From Phormidesmis sp. (GTDB lineage: Bacteria; Cyanobacteriota; Cyanobacteriia; Leptolyngbyales; Leptolyngbyaceae), in NCBI GenBank assembly GCA_965248535.1, contig CBDFJR010000005.1, positions 1,312,001-1,376,000 of the forward strand: a stretch of 64,000 nucleotides of DNA. Direction: 5' to 3'. The position numbers were made by a program, and so were the translations under genes. The notes below the pieces were generated by a model. It was not told where the DNA came from and did no database searches. It saw only the letters and a program-made list of their open reading frames with translations. Numbering within the stretch: the first letter of the stretch is position 1; every line of letters begins with the position of its first letter. Below are positions 31,265 to 41,351 of this stretch, one piece after another.

Positions 31265-31942
31265 TTAGTTCTCAGCGATTTCTTGAGAAGAGGGCGCTGC
31301 GATCGGGAGACGATAGCCCTGCTCAAACGCAAACCTGACCAGTTGCGATCGGTTCTCTAACTGAAGTTTGCTGAGAATATTACTCAAATGAGTTTGCACG
31401 GTGCGGGGGCTAACAAACAAGTGATCCCCGATTTGCTTGTTGGTGTAGCCTTGGATCACTTCCCAAAAAACCTTTTCTTCGGCAGGCGTTAACGGCAGGG
31501 GTGTGGGGGCAGGCGTGGGGGCAGGCGCTGTCTTAGACTGCTGCATTAAGCGCACCATCTCGGAGTGCATTCGGCGCGATCGCTCTAGCTGGGCCTCGAT
31601 CTTTGCCAGCAGTTCTTTCGGCTCAAAGGGCTTAATTAGATAGTCATCTGCCCCGATCGAATGCCCCTGAACCCGATCTTCAATATCGCTTTTGCTCGAC
31701 AAGAAAATAAACGGCACGAGTTGCCCCGATCGGGTGGCTCTCAGCCGCCGACAGAATTCATACCCGTCCATTTCAGGCATCAGCACATCAGACACGATCA
31801 GATCGGCGGGATCTTTCTCAAAAATCTTGAAGGCTTCTACTCCTGATGCGGCATCTTGAACCTGATATCTCCGTTTTTCTAAATATCGGGTGAGGGCTGT
31901 CCGTAGGGTTGTGTCATCGTCAACTACAAGAATTTTCTTCAT
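31265..31942 (-). CDS. Two-component response regulator, REC plus LuxR/NarL HTH
   Basis: VVDDD, D-V-L-M-P and KPF receiver motifs; LTPAEEKV...SPRTVQTHLSNI HTH. Confidence 0.93.
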   Translation of the reverse strand: MKKILVVDDDTTLRTALTRYLEKRRYQVQDAASGVEAFKIFEKDPADLIVSDVLMPEMDGYEFCRRLRATRSGQLVPFIFLSSKSDIEDRVQGHSIGADDYLIKPFEPKELLAKIEAQLERSRRMHSEMVRLMQQSKTAPAPTPAPTPLPLTPAEEKVFWEVIQGYTNKQIGDHLFVSPRTVQTHLSNILSKLQLENRSQLVRFAFEQGYRLPIAAPSSQEIAEN

Positions 31943-32146
31943 TCACGTCTCCAGGCACTCCATCAACCCGCCCAAAGCAGCTAAGGGCGATCGTCAGCAA
32001 AAAATTCGCACAAAATCATCAGATGAGACGAGATGAACTCGTGATCAAAAACCGTTCTTGCCCCTTCATCGTATTTTAGAATTCTTTGATGTTGCTTGGT
32101 TTTACTGAATTTAGTATCAAGAATTGATGAAGAAATACTGGTTATG

Positions 32147-32181
32147 TAGTCTACCAGGCTTCACAAAATTCTGGTAGCCTA
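32147..32181. promoter_or_regulatory. Inverted repeat in the divergent regulator/icd promoter region
   Basis: TAGTCTACCAG-N13-CTGGTAGCCTA (10 of 11 positions complementary). Confidence 0.35.
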
Positions 32182-32292
32182 CCAAAACGGCGTTGATCGC
32201 TGCATTTGAGGCAAGCTGAACTCTCGCAGATGAGGGTTTGAATTAAGATCGCCGCTAAGACTTGGATAACCACCCTCTCTCACTAAACATTT

Positions 32293-33711
32293 ATGTACGA
32301 AAAAATCACCCCTCCAACCACAGGTGCCGCTATTACATTTAAAGAGGGTGAGCCGATCGTCCCTGATCACCCGATTATTCCGTTTATTCGCGGTGACGGC
32401 ACGGGGATCGATCTCTGGCCCGCCTCTGAGAAGGTGTTTGATGCTGCCGTGAAAGCCGCCTATGGGGATCAGCGCAAGATCACCTGGTTCAAGGTCTACG
32501 CGGGCGATGAGGCGTGTGAGCAATATGGCACTTATGAGTATTTGCCCGAAGACACGCTAGCCGCGATTCGAGAGTTTGGAGTGGCGATTAAGGGCCCGTT
32601 GACGACTCCGATCGGGGGTGGCATTCGATCGCTCAATGTCGCTCTCCGTCAGATTTTTGACCTCTATGCTTGCGTCCGCCCCTGCAAATATTACACGGGC
32701 ACGCCGTCACCTCACAAAACTCCAGAAAAGCTAGATGTGATTATCTACCGTGAGAATACGGAGGATATCTATTTGGGGATCGAGTGGAAACAGGGGAGTG
32801 AGATTGGCGATCGCTTGATCAAACTGCTCAACGAAGATCTGATCCCCAGCACGCCCGAACACGGCAAAAAGCAGATTCCGTTAGATTCGGGGATCGGCAT
32901 TAAACCGATCAGCAAAAAGGGGTCTCAGCGGCTCGTGCGTCGGGCCATGCAGCACGCCCTGCGGTTGCCCAAAAATAAGCAAATGGTGACGCTGGTTCAC
33001 AAAGGCAACATCATGAAATATACCGAAGGGGCCTTTCGAGATTGGGGCTATGAGTTGGCGATCGAGGAGTTTCGGTCAGAATGCGTGACTGAGCGCGAGT
33101 CCTGGATTTTGGGCAACAAAGAGAAAAATCCAGATCTGTCTCTCGAAGACAACGCCCGTCAGATTGATCCCGGTTACGATTCGCTGACGGCTGAAAAGCA
33201 AGCTGCCATCTGCGAAGAGGTCAAATCGGTCTTAGATGCGATTTGGGAGACGCACGGATCGGGGCAATGGAAAGAGAAAGTCATGGTCAACGATCGCATC
33301 GCTGACAGCATTTTTCAGCAGATTCAAACCCGCCCAGATGAATATTCAATTTTGGCAACGATGAATCTGAATGGAGACTACTTATCGGATGCGGCGGCAG
33401 CGATCGTGGGCGGTTTGGGCATGGGCCCCGGTGCAAATATCGGCGATTCGTCGGCTATTTTCGAGGCCACTCACGGCACCGCCCCTAAACACGCAGGACT
33501 CGATCGCGTCAATCCCGGTTCGGTGATTCTCTCTGGCGTGATGATGCTGGAGTTTATGGGCTGGCAAGAAGCGGCCGATTTGATTAAAAAAGGATTGAGC
33601 GCGGCGATCGCCAACAGTGAGGTCACTTACGACTTAGCCCGCATGATGGAGCCTCCGGTGGAGCCATTAAAGTGCTCTGAATTTGCAGATGCAATTATTA
33701 GCCACTTCTAA
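32293..33711 (+). CDS. icd: NADP-dependent isocitrate dehydrogenase
   Basis: [41 protein letters not shown] and [10 protein letters not shown]. Confidence 0.99.
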   Translation: MYEKITPPTTGAAITFKEGEPIVPDHPIIPFIRGDGTGIDLWPASEKVFDAAVKAAYGDQRKITWFKVYAGDEACEQYGTYEYLPEDTLAAIREFGVAIKGPLTTPIGGGIRSLNVALRQIFDLYACVRPCKYYTGTPSPHKTPEKLDVIIYRENTEDIYLGIEWKQGSEIGDRLIKLLNEDLIPSTPEHGKKQIPLDSGIGIKPISKKGSQRLVRRAMQHALRLPKNKQMVTLVHKGNIMKYTEGAFRDWGYELAIEEFRSECVTERESWILGNKEKNPDLSLEDNARQIDPGYDSLTAEKQAAICEEVKSVLDAIWETHGSGQWKEKVMVNDRIADSIFQQIQTRPDEYSILATMNLNGDYLSDAAAAIVGGLGMGPGANIGDSSAIFEATHGTAPKHAGLDRVNPGSVILSGVMMLEFMGWQEAADLIKKGLSAAIANSEVTYDLARMMEPPVEPLKCSEFADAIISHF

Positions 33712-33722
33712 AAACTCCTAGA

Positions 33723-33754
33723 AGACCTCCGACTTTTTAAAAAGTCGGAGGTCT
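33723..33754. terminator. Perfect 32-bp palindrome between convergent icd and ndhO (bidirectional terminator or REP-like repeat)
   Basis: AGACCTCCGACTTTTT|AAAAAGTCGGAGGTCT. Confidence 0.7.
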
Positions 33755-33762
33755 GGATTAAA

Positions 33763-33978
33763 TTAACTGAATGGCTCTATCTGATCAACTCGCAGCCAAA
33801 CGTTAGGAGTCGGGACGATGCCAAACTTGATAAAGGCAAAATCCCCTTTTAGATCGATGACTTCACCTTTAGTTTCAAAAATATAGCTAGGAAATCGCGA
33901 GTCGCTGGCCTTGGCTTCCAGACTATCCTCTAGCTTTTCTCGTACCGCCCGCACCAAGTCACCTTTTTTGATTGCCAT
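33763..33978 (-). CDS. ndhO: NDH-1 subunit O
   Basis: [35 protein letters not shown] and [12 protein letters not shown]. Confidence 0.95.
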   Translation of the reverse strand: MAIKKGDLVRAVREKLEDSLEAKASDSRFPSYIFETKGEVIDLKGDFAFIKFGIVPTPNVWLRVDQIEPFS

Positions 33979-34027
33979 AGCCCACCTCGAAATTACTCTA
34001 CTTAGCATTTTAATGAGTTCGGAGTCT

Positions 34028-35146
34028 CTATTTCAGCCGATTTTGAGCAGATTTCATCAGTTTTTGCGCGTCTGAATAGTGAGTTGTGCCGGGTTTCACG
34101 TTGGCAAGTTCGTCAATAATTTCTTTTAGCTGAAGGGCGACGCGCCCTCTATATACCCCTTGGGGATTGTTTGTCGTCTCTTCTAAAAGGCGATTGGTCA
34201 ACTGTTGAGCTTTCTCAAAGGCCTGTGCTGACTCCTGTTCAGCTTTCATTTGCACCTCGACTCCGCCCAAGGCTTTTTGGTAGCTGATGAGTTGGGTCTG
34301 GGCTGGCACATAGTCTGGGTCGCTGACCTTAACCTCTTTGACGCGATCGACGGCCATCTCCCAGAGTTTTTGAATCGCCTCTAGCTCGGCCAGAGAGTGA
34401 GGGGGGTTTTGTGCGGATTTGGTTGCTTCAGCAGCAAACTGTTTGGCGACAGTGATTAAGCTTCCAGTCCGAGTGTTGTCTTTGGTGAAGCCAACGACCT
34501 GTTGAAAATCTCGCTCGTAGGCTTTGAGTTTGCCTTGGGCCATTCGCCCCGCTAGAGTGGCTGAAGGAATTTGTTGCATCGTGTCGATCGCGGTTTGCCA
34601 CTGCTCGATCGCTTTACTTTTTGCGGGCTGGTCGGTAGCTTGACGATAAGACTGCTGGGCTTCAGCGATCGCTTGATCGGACTGCTCAATTTGCGTGCGG
34701 GCGTTGTCTTCTTGAAACAGCGTAGCTTCCATGCGGGCCACCTCGGCACGAGCCGCCCGAAACTCATCGATCGTAAAGTTCCAGCCGCAGTGAAACAAAC
34801 TGCAATATTGACTGGGATAGTAGCCCACAAACCAGACTGGCAGAGCATCTAGATTTTTTTGCGCGGCTTGGGCTTTAGTTTTGCCTAGCTCAAAATCGGC
34901 AGGAGCCGTCGCTTGATTGATCAGTTGATCGGCTTGCTCGACGTTGACGATCGCTTGGCGATAGTTCTGATCCATGCTGATAAAACTTGGGATCAGCAAC
35001 AGAGGTGCCGATTTAGCAACCGCCCATCTCAAGGGAGCAAAGGGCAAATTGAGCACCCAAATGCCCCCGGCTAGGGCAATGAGGGCGATCGTGGAATTTT
35101 TTAGAGTTCCCCATGGAAAAGGGGCGCGATCGTGGCGGTCAGGCAT
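34028..35146 (-). CDS. Hypothetical membrane-anchored alpha-helical (TPR-like) protein
   Basis: N-terminal TM segment then repeated helical units (W..AI..M/L..I). The track ORF extends to 35332, but ATG 35146 is more plausible because the extension contains a terminator-like palindrome. Confidence 0.7.
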   Translation of the reverse strand: MPDRHDRAPFPWGTLKNSTIALIALAGGIWVLNLPFAPLRWAVAKSAPLLLIPSFISMDQNYRQAIVNVEQADQLINQATAPADFELGKTKAQAAQKNLDALPVWFVGYYPSQYCSLFHCGWNFTIDEFRAARAEVARMEATLFQEDNARTQIEQSDQAIAEAQQSYRQATDQPAKSKAIEQWQTAIDTMQQIPSATLAGRMAQGKLKAYERDFQQVVGFTKDNTRTGSLITVAKQFAAEATKSAQNPPHSLAELEAIQKLWEMAVDRVKEVKVSDPDYVPAQTQLISYQKALGGVEVQMKAEQESAQAFEKAQQLTNRLLEETTNNPQGVYRGRVALQLKEIIDELANVKPGTTHYSDAQKLMKSAQNRLK

Positions 35147-35204
35147 AGCAGAAAAACTAAAACGACTCCTCTCTCCAGGATGCCCCAAGCAGTCTAGAGA
35201 CTTA

Positions 35205-35232
35205 AAAAGTCCGCTCGATCGAGCGGACTTTT
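35205..35232. terminator. Perfect 28-bp palindrome, likely terminator of the rbp transcript
   Basis: AAAAGTCCGCTCGA|TCGAGCGGACTTTT with T-runs on both strands. Confidence 0.7.
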
Positions 35233-35431
35233 CGGGGCAATCTGCAAATTTAGGATCAAGTCTGGCAGCGATCGACTGAAAATGCTGTAGGCACTGATGC
35301 TCACCCAACCCCAAGCAAACTAGCGATGCCATCGCCTCTGATGGGGCAAGCGTCAGTGCAATCAGGCTAAACCGCCTGCGGTATGTTGAAAAACTCCAGT
35401 CAATTGAGCCGCTGGAGATCAGCGCTGATGG

Positions 35432-35914
35432 TCAGGAGTTAGTGGTTTGAGTCGCCAGAAGTTGCTTGAGTTTCTCAAGGTCTTGTGCCCAGCGCGGATC
35501 GGGTTGAATCGAGTCAGGAGCAGACGAAGCCGCCGTGGTCGTGCTGCGGGTCTTGGTGTTGGCACTACTGCTTCCACCCTTGCGTCGAGCACCGCCCGAT
35601 GACGATGCAGCAGCACTCACCGGGGCGGGAGCGCTACTCCCTTCGGGCTTGTCTTCTGTCTCTTTGGTGCGAGGCAGCGCCTTCTCGATTTTGATGGCGT
35701 TGTCTTTGATCTGCAACCCGTTAAATTTTTCGATCAACTGATCGGCTAACTCATCGGTTTTGACCGTGACAAAGCCAAACCCGCGACATTTGCCCGTTTT
35801 GCGATCGGTGATCAGCTTGGCCGACACCCCATCGCCTTCTTCGGCAAACACGGCTTCTAGCTCTTGACGGGTTAAGTCTTCTGGCAAATTGCCAACATAT
35901 AAACGAATGGACAT
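35432..35914 (-). CDS. rbpG: RRM RNA-binding protein, Rbp3/RbpG class
   Basis: RNP2 LYVGNL, RNP1 RGFGFV, low-complexity linker and conserved QPDPRWA C-terminal motif. Confidence 0.85.
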   Translation of the reverse strand: MSIRLYVGNLPEDLTRQELEAVFAEEGDGVSAKLITDRKTGKCRGFGFVTVKTDELADQLIEKFNGLQIKDNAIKIEKALPRTKETEDKPEGSSAPAPVSAAASSSGGARRKGGSSSANTKTRSTTTAASSAPDSIQPDPRWAQDLEKLKQLLATQTTNS

Positions 35915-36451
35915 AGTGAGAACCTCCAGACTTTGATCCTAGTACACTTGCTTTGAGAACGTTCACCTGATGCGGTCTGAGGATGGGCTAGGCCGACCTC
36001 TAAAAACTGCTAAACCCCCTCCCCAACCGCGCTAACTCAAGTAGTTCGTCAAATCTTAGGCTTTTAATCATCTGCTGACGACTGCCTCAAGATGAGTTGA
36101 GAACAATTCTTACTAAAAGAACCCCTAAGTTTTTGATGACTGCTGGAGGATTCAGACTAAACAGTAATTTTTAACTGGTTCCCCAGGATGTTCATGCCAT
36201 CCTTAAAAGTACCATGCCCATCAGCGCCGAACTTCACCCCCGGCAGATTTCCATCCCCCGCTTGATCTCTCCTTTAAAAACTGACGCGATCGCTCCAATT
36301 TTCTCTGTCTAGATGGATATAAAAAACCAGCCATCGAAGCTCGATCGGCTGGTTAAGCTTGCTGTGTTGGGAGGAGAAATAGCCGATACCGAGACGCTTT
36401 AGCCACATTAATTGTGAAACACAGGACTGTAGACCCGGCACTCTCTGACTC

Positions 36452-36469
36452 CTTGTAAAGAAATGTAAC
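36452..36469 (-). promoter_or_regulatory. Putative HLR1 (RpaB-binding) direct repeat upstream of rbpG
   Basis: Minus strand reads GTTACATT-TC-TTTACAAG versus (G/T)TTACAWW-N2-(G/T)TTACAWW; one mismatch. Confidence 0.55.
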
Positions 36470-36514
36470 ATCACGTTTCCATAAATGCAACTTTTCTTTA
36501 CAAAAAAGGGTTTT

Positions 36515-38866
36515 CTAAATGATTAAGCAAAGCCCCAATAAGATGGCGGTGATCGCAAGCAGGGTAGACCAAATCTGATGCCCACTGCGGCTGATGCGAC
36601 TGCCCGATCGTAAGGTGTCCAGATCGATCCAGGGGGTTGCCCCGCGTCGAAGCCAGCCTGTGACTAGCACCGCTTGCCCGACTAGATCGGCGGGGCGAGT
36701 GACCGAGGGCAGCAGATTACCGACTGCGCCGACCTGGGAACAGTAGTGCAGCTTAATCAAGCCGTTTGCGGTTTGCAAGAGCAAATCTTGCCCTAGCCAG
36801 TTGGCGATGCCGATGCGTCCGATCAATCGCCCTTCTAAGCGAATGGGTTGGCTGTCGATCGGCAGCGCATCGGCTGCGGTCAGCCAGTTTGAGGGCAATG
36901 AGAGAGTTTCTGAAGGCGGCGGATCTGACTCGCTGGTTAAACGGGCGGACGATCGCGTTGACTCCAAACCATTGAGTTCTGGAAAGAACGTATTGAAGCG
37001 CAGAAAGATGCCCAACCCTAACCCGATGGACATAAACCCCGCAAACAGGTTGTAGTCACTCGCTAGCCAAGAAATTTGCTGCGCTCCAAATCGGTAGGCA
37101 ACCTGAGCCGCAAACCACAAAATCTGAGCGATCAGATAGCCTGCCGCCAGCCCAAAAAATGGCGCACCTTGCAGCCAGAACGATCGCGGGTTGCGATTCA
37201 CAGATTCAGATGGCTCAATCTCTAATTCTGGCTCTAGCTGCCAGTGCAGCGCATAGTGGGTAAGGCGTTGCAGCCGACTGCCCATGAGAGGATGAGAGTG
37301 GTTAATCGCTAACCAATCGCGATCGGGGTTAACCAGATCCCAGTCCAAAAGAGCCGTCAAAGACGTGTGAGGATAGAAGCTTCCCAGACTTGCGGCGGCT
37401 CCGTAGCTCAACGGCGTGAGCAGATCAAAGCCTTCTAGCAAATAATCGGTTTGAGTGTTTTGCTGAATCGTTTGCGCCGTAGCGATCGCGCTTTTGACTA
37501 AGGCGCGAATCAATCCATTTGGGTTTCCGGTTAGGTTGCAGGCTGCCCGATCGCTGTAGACTAGCCGCTGCCTTGAGAGCCACAGACCCGACCCGCGCAA
37601 AAGCCGATAAAAGCCATAGCTGACGGCAGACCCGATCGCCAACCCGTCAGACCCAATGCCCAATAAGACCGCCATTAGCTTACTGTCTCGCTGTCGCGCC
37701 GCACTGCTTTTGCGGAGCCAATCGCCTGCCGCTGCCGCTTGCCAGTAGAGCACATAGGGAATTTGCAGGACGATCGTCACCCAAGACATGAGGCTAAAAT
37801 CCCAGTGCAGAATGTGACCGAGTTCGCCTGCGTAGATAGCTGCGATTTCGTCATCGGTCAGTTGGTCGAGTAGGCCCTGACTGACGACAATTCGAGAAAA
37901 TCGCCGCAGAGAGCCGTAGGTAAACGCCAGAGGCGCGGAGGTGGGCACAACGCCCAGACGCGGCAGGGGCATTTTGTGCTGCTGACAAAAGCGCTGAATC
38001 AAGCGATAGGCTTCGGGGCTGTGAGTGCCTAGCGTAGTCGTCGAGAGGGGACGAAGGTGATAAAACCTTTTGAGCAGGGCATCCAGCAGCCAAGGAGAGG
38101 TAACCAACAGCCCGGCCAAGATCACGAGAATCGTGACAACCGGAATATCTGACGACGGAATTGGACTACCCCAGCGCAGAATGCTGGTGGTGAACTTGAA
38201 CCAGATCAGCCCGATCGCGTTCACGACCCCAAACACGCTGGTGATTAGCGCAAAAAGCACGATCGGGGTTGCCATTTCTGCCCACTGCAACCGAGCCGGG
38301 TTGAGTCTAATTAAAGGTTGCCAGCGCTGCGATCGTCCGGCACTGCGCCAAATAGTCGAATTTGGAGGAGCCGCTGCGGATTTTTTAGCGGATTTTTCAA
38401 CAGCCGTAGCAGGTTGAGGGACGGGTGGAGAGTCTACATTTTGAGCAGATGGCTGACCCGTTACCCCGGCGCTGGTTGGGGGCACGAAGACCGATCGCTG
38501 TGCCTGGGTCTCAGACCCAGGCACAAATCCGGCTAGGTCTGGGGTTTCCTCGACTTCAGAAGAGGATGGATATCGCTGCTCAATCTCTTCTAACGTCTGA
38601 CTGGCCCAATCTCTGACTTTGCCATTAGCGCTAGAAAGCAGGTGTTGGCAAACGGCGATCGCCTTTTTAGATCGCCCACTTCGCAGATAGACCGTCGCCA
38701 ACCACATGCGCGCCTTGATCGAGTCGGGCTGTTCTAGGGCACCCGCTTGAGACACCAGATAGCGCTCTAAGTGCTGAATCGCCTGGGGATAGTTGCCCTG
38801 TTTGATTGCTGCCAGACCCGCTTCGAGACGATTTGCACCCGAAGCAGCATCAGGGGAAGAAGTCAT
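36515..38866 (-). CDS. TPR plus M48 (HtpX-like) membrane peptidase homolog with degenerate zinc motif
   Basis: N-terminal TPR, PLAFTYG, IVVSQGLL, GELGH in place of HELGH, TGNPNGL and SHP...RL. Confidence 0.85.
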   Translation of the reverse strand: MTSSPDAASGANRLEAGLAAIKQGNYPQAIQHLERYLVSQAGALEQPDSIKARMWLATVYLRSGRSKKAIAVCQHLLSSANGKVRDWASQTLEEIEQRYPSSSEVEETPDLAGFVPGSETQAQRSVFVPPTSAGVTGQPSAQNVDSPPVPQPATAVEKSAKKSAAAPPNSTIWRSAGRSQRWQPLIRLNPARLQWAEMATPIVLFALITSVFGVVNAIGLIWFKFTTSILRWGSPIPSSDIPVVTILVILAGLLVTSPWLLDALLKRFYHLRPLSTTTLGTHSPEAYRLIQRFCQQHKMPLPRLGVVPTSAPLAFTYGSLRRFSRIVVSQGLLDQLTDDEIAAIYAGELGHILHWDFSLMSWVTIVLQIPYVLYWQAAAAGDWLRKSSAARQRDSKLMAVLLGIGSDGLAIGSAVSYGFYRLLRGSGLWLSRQRLVYSDRAACNLTGNPNGLIRALVKSAIATAQTIQQNTQTDYLLEGFDLLTPLSYGAAASLGSFYPHTSLTALLDWDLVNPDRDWLAINHSHPLMGSRLQRLTHYALHWQLEPELEIEPSESVNRNPRSFWLQGAPFFGLAAGYLIAQILWFAAQVAYRFGAQQISWLASDYNLFAGFMSIGLGLGIFLRFNTFFPELNGLESTRSSARLTSESDPPPSETLSLPSNWLTAADALPIDSQPIRLEGRLIGRIGIANWLGQDLLLQTANGLIKLHYCSQVGAVGNLLPSVTRPADLVGQAVLVTGWLRRGATPWIDLDTLRSGSRISRSGHQIWSTLLAITAILLGLCLII

Positions 38867-38901
38867 AGGTTTCCTGAATGCACAGCGCCTCTAGGATACC
38901 C

Positions 38902-40530
38902 CTATAGGGCGGTTGGCTCTTTCCCAGAAACTACGGGGGCGATCGAGTTCAGGCTTAACTCAGGGTGATCGGCTTGAAGCTGCTGACAGTTCCACTCGTT
39001 GCGAAACAGTAAGACAGGGCGCTCCCAGCTATCTTTGACCGTCAACGTGTTGAAAATTCGTCCGACTTTTTGCAGCGCCTCCCAGCCACCCTCAACCCAG
39101 CGCGCCACCGTGTAAGGCAGCCACTCGACCGTCGTCTCGACCCCATATTCGTTTTGCAGACGAAACTGCACGACTTCAAACTGCAACTGCCCAACGGCCG
39201 CTAAGATCGGGTCGCGTTTGGCTTCGTCGGCCGAATACATAATCTGCACAGCCCCTTCTTCTCGAAGCTCAGACACGCCCTTGCGGAACTGCTTAAACTT
39301 AGACGGGTTGGGGTTTCTCAAATAGGCAAATAGCTCTGGCGAAAAGCAAGGAATGCCTTCATATTCCAGCCTTTGCCCGTTGTAGATGGTGTCTCCGATC
39401 GCAAACACGCCCGGATTATTCAAACCAATCACATCACCGGGGTAGGCTTCTTCGATCACTTCTCGATCTTGAGCAAAGAGCTTTTGAGGACGAGACAGCC
39501 GCACGGTTTTGCCAGTCCGAGCAAGGCTGACGGTCATATCTTTCTCAAACTTGCCCGAACAGACTCGCACAAAGGCGACCCGATCGCGGTGTTTAGGGTC
39601 CATATTGGCCTGAAGCTTGAACACAAACCCCGAAAACTCTGGATAGGTCGGGGCAATTTCACCCTGACTGCTGTCGTGATTGCCCGGCTTGAGCGCGTAA
39701 TCAAGGAAGGCATCTAAAAATAGCTCGACTCCAAAGTTGGTCATCGCACTCCCAAAGAAAACGGGAGTCATTTTGCCTTGATGAACGGCTTCTAGATCAA
39801 GCTCGGGCCCTACGCCCTCGATCAGTTCCAACTCGTCTTTGAACTGATGATAAAGCCCCTGCTCTAACAGCGACTCAATGCGCGGATCACCGAGATCGAT
39901 CGCCGTGTCGATCGCTTCTCGTGTGCCGTGTTGACTGCGCTCAAATAAGTGAATCTGCTGACTGCGGCGATCGTAGACTCCCTGAAACAGATCGCCCATG
40001 CCGATGGGCCAATTCACCGCGTAGGTTTGCAAGCCTAGCTCTTGCTCGATTTCGTCCAATAGCTCTAGCGGCGTGCGGCCGGGACGATCGAGCTTATTGA
40101 CAAAGGTAAAAGTGGGCAGCGATCGCAGCTTGCAGACTTCAAACAGCTTGCGGGTTTGCGGCTCTAGACCTTTGGCAGCATCGATCAGCATGACTGCATT
40201 ATCGGCGGCGGCTAACGTCCGGTAGGTGTCTTCACTAAAGTCTTGGTGTCCGGGTGTGTCGAGCAGATTGATCTGACATTTTTGATACTCAAATTGCAGC
40301 ACGGTGGAGGTGATCGAGATGCCGCGCTGTTGCTCCATGGCCATCCAGTCTGAGGTGGCGTGGCGTTGAGAACGACGGGCTTTGACGGCTCCGGCTTCAT
40401 GAATGGCACCGCCGTAGAGCAGCAGCTTTTCAGTCAGGGTCGTTTTGCCTGCGTCAGGGTGAGAAATAATTGCAAAATTGCGTCGCCGCTCAACTGCTGT
40501 TTGCAATTCAGCCTGAAGTTCAGTGGACAT
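38902..40530 (-). CDS. prfC: Peptide chain release factor 3
   Basis: [31 protein letters not shown] and [14 protein letters not shown]. Confidence 0.98.
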   Translation of the reverse strand: MSTELQAELQTAVERRRNFAIISHPDAGKTTLTEKLLLYGGAIHEAGAVKARRSQRHATSDWMAMEQQRGISITSTVLQFEYQKCQINLLDTPGHQDFSEDTYRTLAAADNAVMLIDAAKGLEPQTRKLFEVCKLRSLPTFTFVNKLDRPGRTPLELLDEIEQELGLQTYAVNWPIGMGDLFQGVYDRRSQQIHLFERSQHGTREAIDTAIDLGDPRIESLLEQGLYHQFKDELELIEGVGPELDLEAVHQGKMTPVFFGSAMTNFGVELFLDAFLDYALKPGNHDSSQGEIAPTYPEFSGFVFKLQANMDPKHRDRVAFVRVCSGKFEKDMTVSLARTGKTVRLSRPQKLFAQDREVIEEAYPGDVIGLNNPGVFAIGDTIYNGQRLEYEGIPCFSPELFAYLRNPNPSKFKQFRKGVSELREEGAVQIMYSADEAKRDPILAAVGQLQFEVVQFRLQNEYGVETTVEWLPYTVARWVEGGWEALQKVGRIFNTLTVKDSWERPVLLFRNEWNCQQLQADHPELSLNSIAPVVSGKEPTAL

Positions 40531-40683
40531 ACTTAAATCCGAGAGATAGATTCGAGGAAACCCAGAAGTTTCACAATACCTTAAAGATAACGAGAAATGG
40601 CATGAGCGCGTAGAGTGTCAATTTCCCACGGCTTAAACTCCGATCGCTTCTTGTAAAAAAACGCCCGATAGACGTAACCGATT

Positions 40684-41031
40684 ATGGAAAACTCTGATCA
40701 ACGCAAGCTATTGTCTGCTCTCAGTCACGGCTCTATTTTCTTGAGTTCTTTACTGATCTCGATTGGCATCCCCGTGGCGATTTTGGTGATCTCAGACGAC
40801 CCGATCGTCAAAGAAAACGCTAGAGAAGCGATCAACTTTCACATCAATCTTTACCTTTATGCGGCGTTGGCGGCGGTGCTGGCGGTTACGATCGTGGGTA
40901 TCCCGATCGCAATCGTGCTGGGAATCGCGCTGCTAGTCGCTAGCTTTCTCATGCCGATTTTGGCCATTGTGACCGCCTTGGGTGACCCGACTCGACCCTA
41001 CCACTATCCCCTGATCTGGCGACTGGTCTAA
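40684..41031 (+). CDS. DUF4870-family small membrane protein
   Basis: LSHGS, VKENAREAINFH and YHYPL; three TM helices. Confidence 0.82.
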   Translation: MENSDQRKLLSALSHGSIFLSSLLISIGIPVAILVISDDPIVKENAREAINFHINLYLYAALAAVLAVTIVGIPIAIVLGIALLVASFLMPILAIVTALGDPTRPYHYPLIWRLV

Positions 41032-41351
41032 CTTTATCAAAACTTAATCGCAGCCTTGTGTATTTGCGGACTTTGCTCTGTAGGATATAGAGTAACTATC
41101 AGGGAATTGCGGACGAAATCTCAGTGAGATTGACTACCTTAAGCATCTACATTACGCAATAGAAAATCATTCAGAATTGGGACTGATAGCCCTCAAAATC
41201 AGCAAAGAGCTTTCAGAACCGATCTCTGGTATGGGTCACGTTGGGGTTGATGTGAGCAGGTATAAAATTTTCATTGGCTTTGATCTGCCAGCCGTTGGCA
41301 TCGCCATAATTCTTCTAAATTCTACAGTCGAGCAATTATGGAGCATTTGTC

